From: a virus
Taxonomy: Duplodnaviria > Caudoviricetes
Length of the DNA stretch: 64,000 nt
IMG/VR virus record: IMGVR_UViG_3300028805_000037
Location: 224,001-288,000 of that record
Strand: one strand, 5' to 3'
Shown here: positions 61,246 through 64,000 of the stretch, in pieces
Position numbering within the stretch: position 1 is the first letter of the stretch
Layout of the letters: each line of letters opens with the position of its first letter
The notes under the pieces: model-generated
Seen by the model: the letters and a program-made list of their open reading frames with translations, nothing else
Database searches by the model: none
What the model was told of the DNA's origin: nothing
Position numbers and translations under genes: made by a program

Positions 61246-63267
61246 ATGTCACAAACAAAGATTAATAAAAATCGTTTAAGAAATACCTTTGTTGAAACAG
61301 TAAACTTTAAAGAACCCGATGCTAGCGGTAATGTATTAATAACACAAGTAGCTACGGCAGAGAACTTAGTTTCACCAGACAATATTAATGATACTGCATA
61401 TATATTATTTAGGACAGCGGGTGGAACAAAAAGTATAAGTGACGGACCTGCAACATTAATGAAAATAGCAGGTAATGTAGTAAATCCGAGAAGAAGTCCA
61501 AACGATATAGATACAGAACATAGTGAAACACAAAGAATAACGGCAACTGTAGATGCAACTTTATTCGGTGCATTAAGTTTTGTAAACAATACAAGTGGAA
61601 CATATAGATTAAGTTGTAATAATGTAAATGATACACCAACTTGGCAGCATGATAATAATGGTACATTAATAGATGTAGATTTAGAAACTGCTGGTATAAC
61701 TTTAAGTAGTACTGCAGTTGTTAACGATACAATGGAAATTGTATACAATTATAGTGATATTGAAGGTGAAGAAAGTTATGCAATAGCTACATATAATGCA
61801 GTAGACAGATTAACAATAGCAGTAGATGAAATTATATTTGCACAAAAAGTAAATGAAACTTTTGGCGTATATACATTCTTACGTCAAGGTACTATATGGA
61901 TGATTAATGATTCTGTAGTAAATATAAGTGAATATGGTATCACAATTACAGGAACAGCACAAACAGGAGATACAATTACAGTAACATATAATGGTGATAT
62001 GCAAGTTGCAACACCTACAAGTTTTCAAGCAAGTGGCTTTAACCAATTTAATCCTGCTAATGTATTAAGTGGATACACAATAAACGAAAATGGAGAAATT
62101 GTTGCAAGTGCTGGTAGTTATGTTGCATATATACATGCAGTTGGTGGACTTGAAAATAATTACGGTAACAGACATGGTGATTATACAATATACGATGACA
62201 ATACAACAGGAACGTTGGTAAGAGTTGGATATAGTGCAACAATACCTACAACATCAAGTACTGTTACATTAAGTGGTAGTGATGGAATAGAAGTAGTAAA
62301 TGATACATCAATATTACCCGCAAACAAGTTACAATGGATAACATTCCCAAAAGATGGTTATATATGTGTAGCATTAACAGACATAACAAAGTTATGTGTA
62401 CATCCTACTTGGAGTAATTATAAAGACCAAGATTATGCAGAATATGTTGCACCGAGTGTAATTAATATACCAACAACTGGTTATGATATTTCAGATCCTA
62501 CACAAACACAAGTATCTTTAAATTGTGCAAACTATTTTGGTAAAGTAGGTAATGTATTTGATGAAATATTCTTAGAAGATAATAGATATGTAAATAGAAT
62601 AGGAAGATATACATATAGTGCAGAAAATTTAGCAACAGTAGAAGAACTTGGTGTAGATTATATTTATGATAGTAATTATATTTATTATGTATTGCCTACA
62701 CCGATAACTTATGTAGTAGATATACCAAACAATGGACAGTATATAGCAAATGACTTTGGTACAGAAGAGTTTGTAGGAACAATAGTAGCAGTACTTGCAA
62801 ATACATTGTATGGTAATAACTTGGTAGATAAGTTAAGAACGGATGTATTAACGAAATCTGCACAAAGTTTAAGCCAAGATCAGAAAGAGCAAGTATGGAG
62901 AAATTTAGGAACTTTACCACTATACAATTACTCTAAAACAATACAATCTAATGCTTTACTTGTAATAGCACTTGAAGAAGTTTATACATTTTATGACTTA
63001 AAACCTGAAACAAATATTACAAGTATAACAATTGATGATAGTCAACTATTAGAAAAAGAAAATGCTTGGTACACATTCTATTTGCATGTTAATATGGATA
63101 ATCCTACAACTACTGTTTATGATATAGATTGGAATTCAAATCCGAATATCACTTGGGGAAATACAAGTCCGACAATGACAGCAGGATGTCATTATTTATT
63201 TAGTTTTACTAAACCTAAAGGAAGTAGTGTTTGGGTAGGAAATCAATGCTATACTTGGATGGAATAA
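61246..63267 (+). CDS. Tail/baseplate-associated structural protein
   Basis: Beta-rich; QSLSQDQKEQV..NLG; shares YGITxTGT..xGD.IT module with 55477. Confidence 0.55.
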   Translation: MSQTKINKNRLRNTFVETVNFKEPDASGNVLITQVATAENLVSPDNINDTAYILFRTAGGTKSISDGPATLMKIAGNVVNPRRSPNDIDTEHSETQRITATVDATLFGALSFVNNTSGTYRLSCNNVNDTPTWQHDNNGTLIDVDLETAGITLSSTAVVNDTMEIVYNYSDIEGEESYAIATYNAVDRLTIAVDEIIFAQKVNETFGVYTFLRQGTIWMINDSVVNISEYGITITGTAQTGDTITVTYNGDMQVATPTSFQASGFNQFNPANVLSGYTINENGEIVASAGSYVAYIHAVGGLENNYGNRHGDYTIYDDNTTGTLVRVGYSATIPTTSSTVTLSGSDGIEVVNDTSILPANKLQWITFPKDGYICVALTDITKLCVHPTWSNYKDQDYAEYVAPSVINIPTTGYDISDPTQTQVSLNCANYFGKVGNVFDEIFLEDNRYVNRIGRYTYSAENLATVEELGVDYIYDSNYIYYVLPTPITYVVDIPNNGQYIANDFGTEEFVGTIVAVLANTLYGNNLVDKLRTDVLTKSAQSLSQDQKEQVWRNLGTLPLYNYSKTIQSNALLVIALEEVYTFYDLKPETNITSITIDDSQLLEKENAWYTFYLHVNMDNPTTTVYDIDWNSNPNITWGNTSPTMTAGCHYLFSFTKPKGSSVWVGNQCYTWME

Positions 63268-63286
63268 TAAAGGAGGACTATAGAAA

Positions 63287-64000
63287 ATGTTAACACCACA
63301 AGCTGGAATTCAGGTTGATCGTTTTTACCCACCTACAGATTGGCAATATAGTTTTCCTGAAGGGTATACAAGGTTGGAGTATTTGCAGAGTAGTGGGACA
63401 CAGTATATAGATACTGGGTATGTGCCAAATGTTGATGATATTATCGAAACCGATATACAACAATTAGGAGCAGATATTGGAACAGGGGATAAATTCTTTT
63501 TCGGTCAACAAAACATAGATAGTTCAAAAGGTGGATTATGGGTAGAACAACACGGACGTAATAATGCCTGGTATGTAAGATTTGGCTCTACAAGTTCCGT
63601 TTCTGCTGATCCAACAAATCAAGAAAAAACAGACAAAATACACTTAACTTTACAAAAAGAAAGTTTTGTGTCAAGTGGAGGAACGACATTAAGCCCTTCT
63701 TGGTCTGGAACAATGCAAACTACAAATTTAACATTATTTGGTAGGTTTTCTTCAAATGGAACAACGATAGTAACTTCAATAATTAAAATGTGGAATTTTA
63801 AAGTTACAAGAAATGGAGAAGTTAAATTAAATCTTATTCCTGTTCTTCGCAAATCCGACAATGAGTTAGGTATGTTAGACTTAGCAAACGTTGATGCAAG
63901 TGGTAATTATGTATTTTATGTTAATAAAGGCACTGGTGAATTTGTTATGGGACCTGAACTTTACACCAACAAATCCCAAATAGATATTCGTCAGAAGAAT
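63287..64000 (+). CDS. Virion lectin-like protein, runs off the window end (not in ORF track)
   Basis: AGGAGG RBS; PEGYTRLEYLQSSGTQYIDTG...RKSDNELGMLDL, paralogous to 59136. Confidence 0.65.
   Translation, partial: MLTPQAGIQVDRFYPPTDWQYSFPEGYTRLEYLQSSGTQYIDTGYVPNVDDIIETDIQQLGADIGTGDKFFFGQQNIDSSKGGLWVEQHGRNNAWYVRFGSTSSVSADPTNQEKTDKIHLTLQKESFVSSGGTTLSPSWSGTMQTTNLTLFGRFSSNGTTIVTSIIKMWNFKVTRNGEVKLNLIPVLRKSDNELGMLDLANVDASGNYVFYVNKGTGEFVMGPELYTNKSQIDIRQKN

Noticed and set aside
991-63861. Minus-strand ORFs in the track (e.g. 23357, 58424, 61227, 63619) and nested 54646
   Set aside because: Antisense or alternate-frame shadows of real genes, low-complexity and without RBS
1-64000. tRNA or rRNA genes
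   Set aside because: No cloverleaf or rRNA-like GC-rich segment seen by eye; tRNAscan was not run

Overview
A 64-kb segment of a very AT-rich, large tailed-phage genome. Essentially all real genes are on the + strand and use the standard code. About 1.6-24 kb is nucleotide metabolism and repair: class II RNR with an HNH-carrying intein, thioredoxin, DNA ligase, adenine MTase, dUTPase, DEDDh exonuclease, two RNA ligases and ThyX. It includes a compact DNA-hypermodification cluster (dNMP kinase, T4 beta-glucosyltransferase-like enzyme, UDP-galactopyranose mutase fused to a second DNA glycosyltransferase, dCMP deaminase, T4 gp42-like dCMP hydroxymethylase) that predicts a furanose-sugar-decorated hydroxymethylcytosine. 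About 24-48 kb is head morphogenesis (protease polyprotein, scaffold, decoration, major capsid, neck, portal). It is interleaved with a non-autonomous IS200/IS605 TnpB element, about ten small genes sharing a capsid-targeting-like N-terminal leader, and three free-standing PD-(D/E)XK nuclease genes. Each nuclease gene is preceded by the same ~120-nt covarying structured element, whose hairpin loop is complementary to DNA just upstream of its own putative promoter. About 48-64 kb is tail fibre/adhesin genes. Three promoter classes and RBS-occluding hairpins around late promoters are visible. All family calls come from motif recognition by eye; no searches were run.
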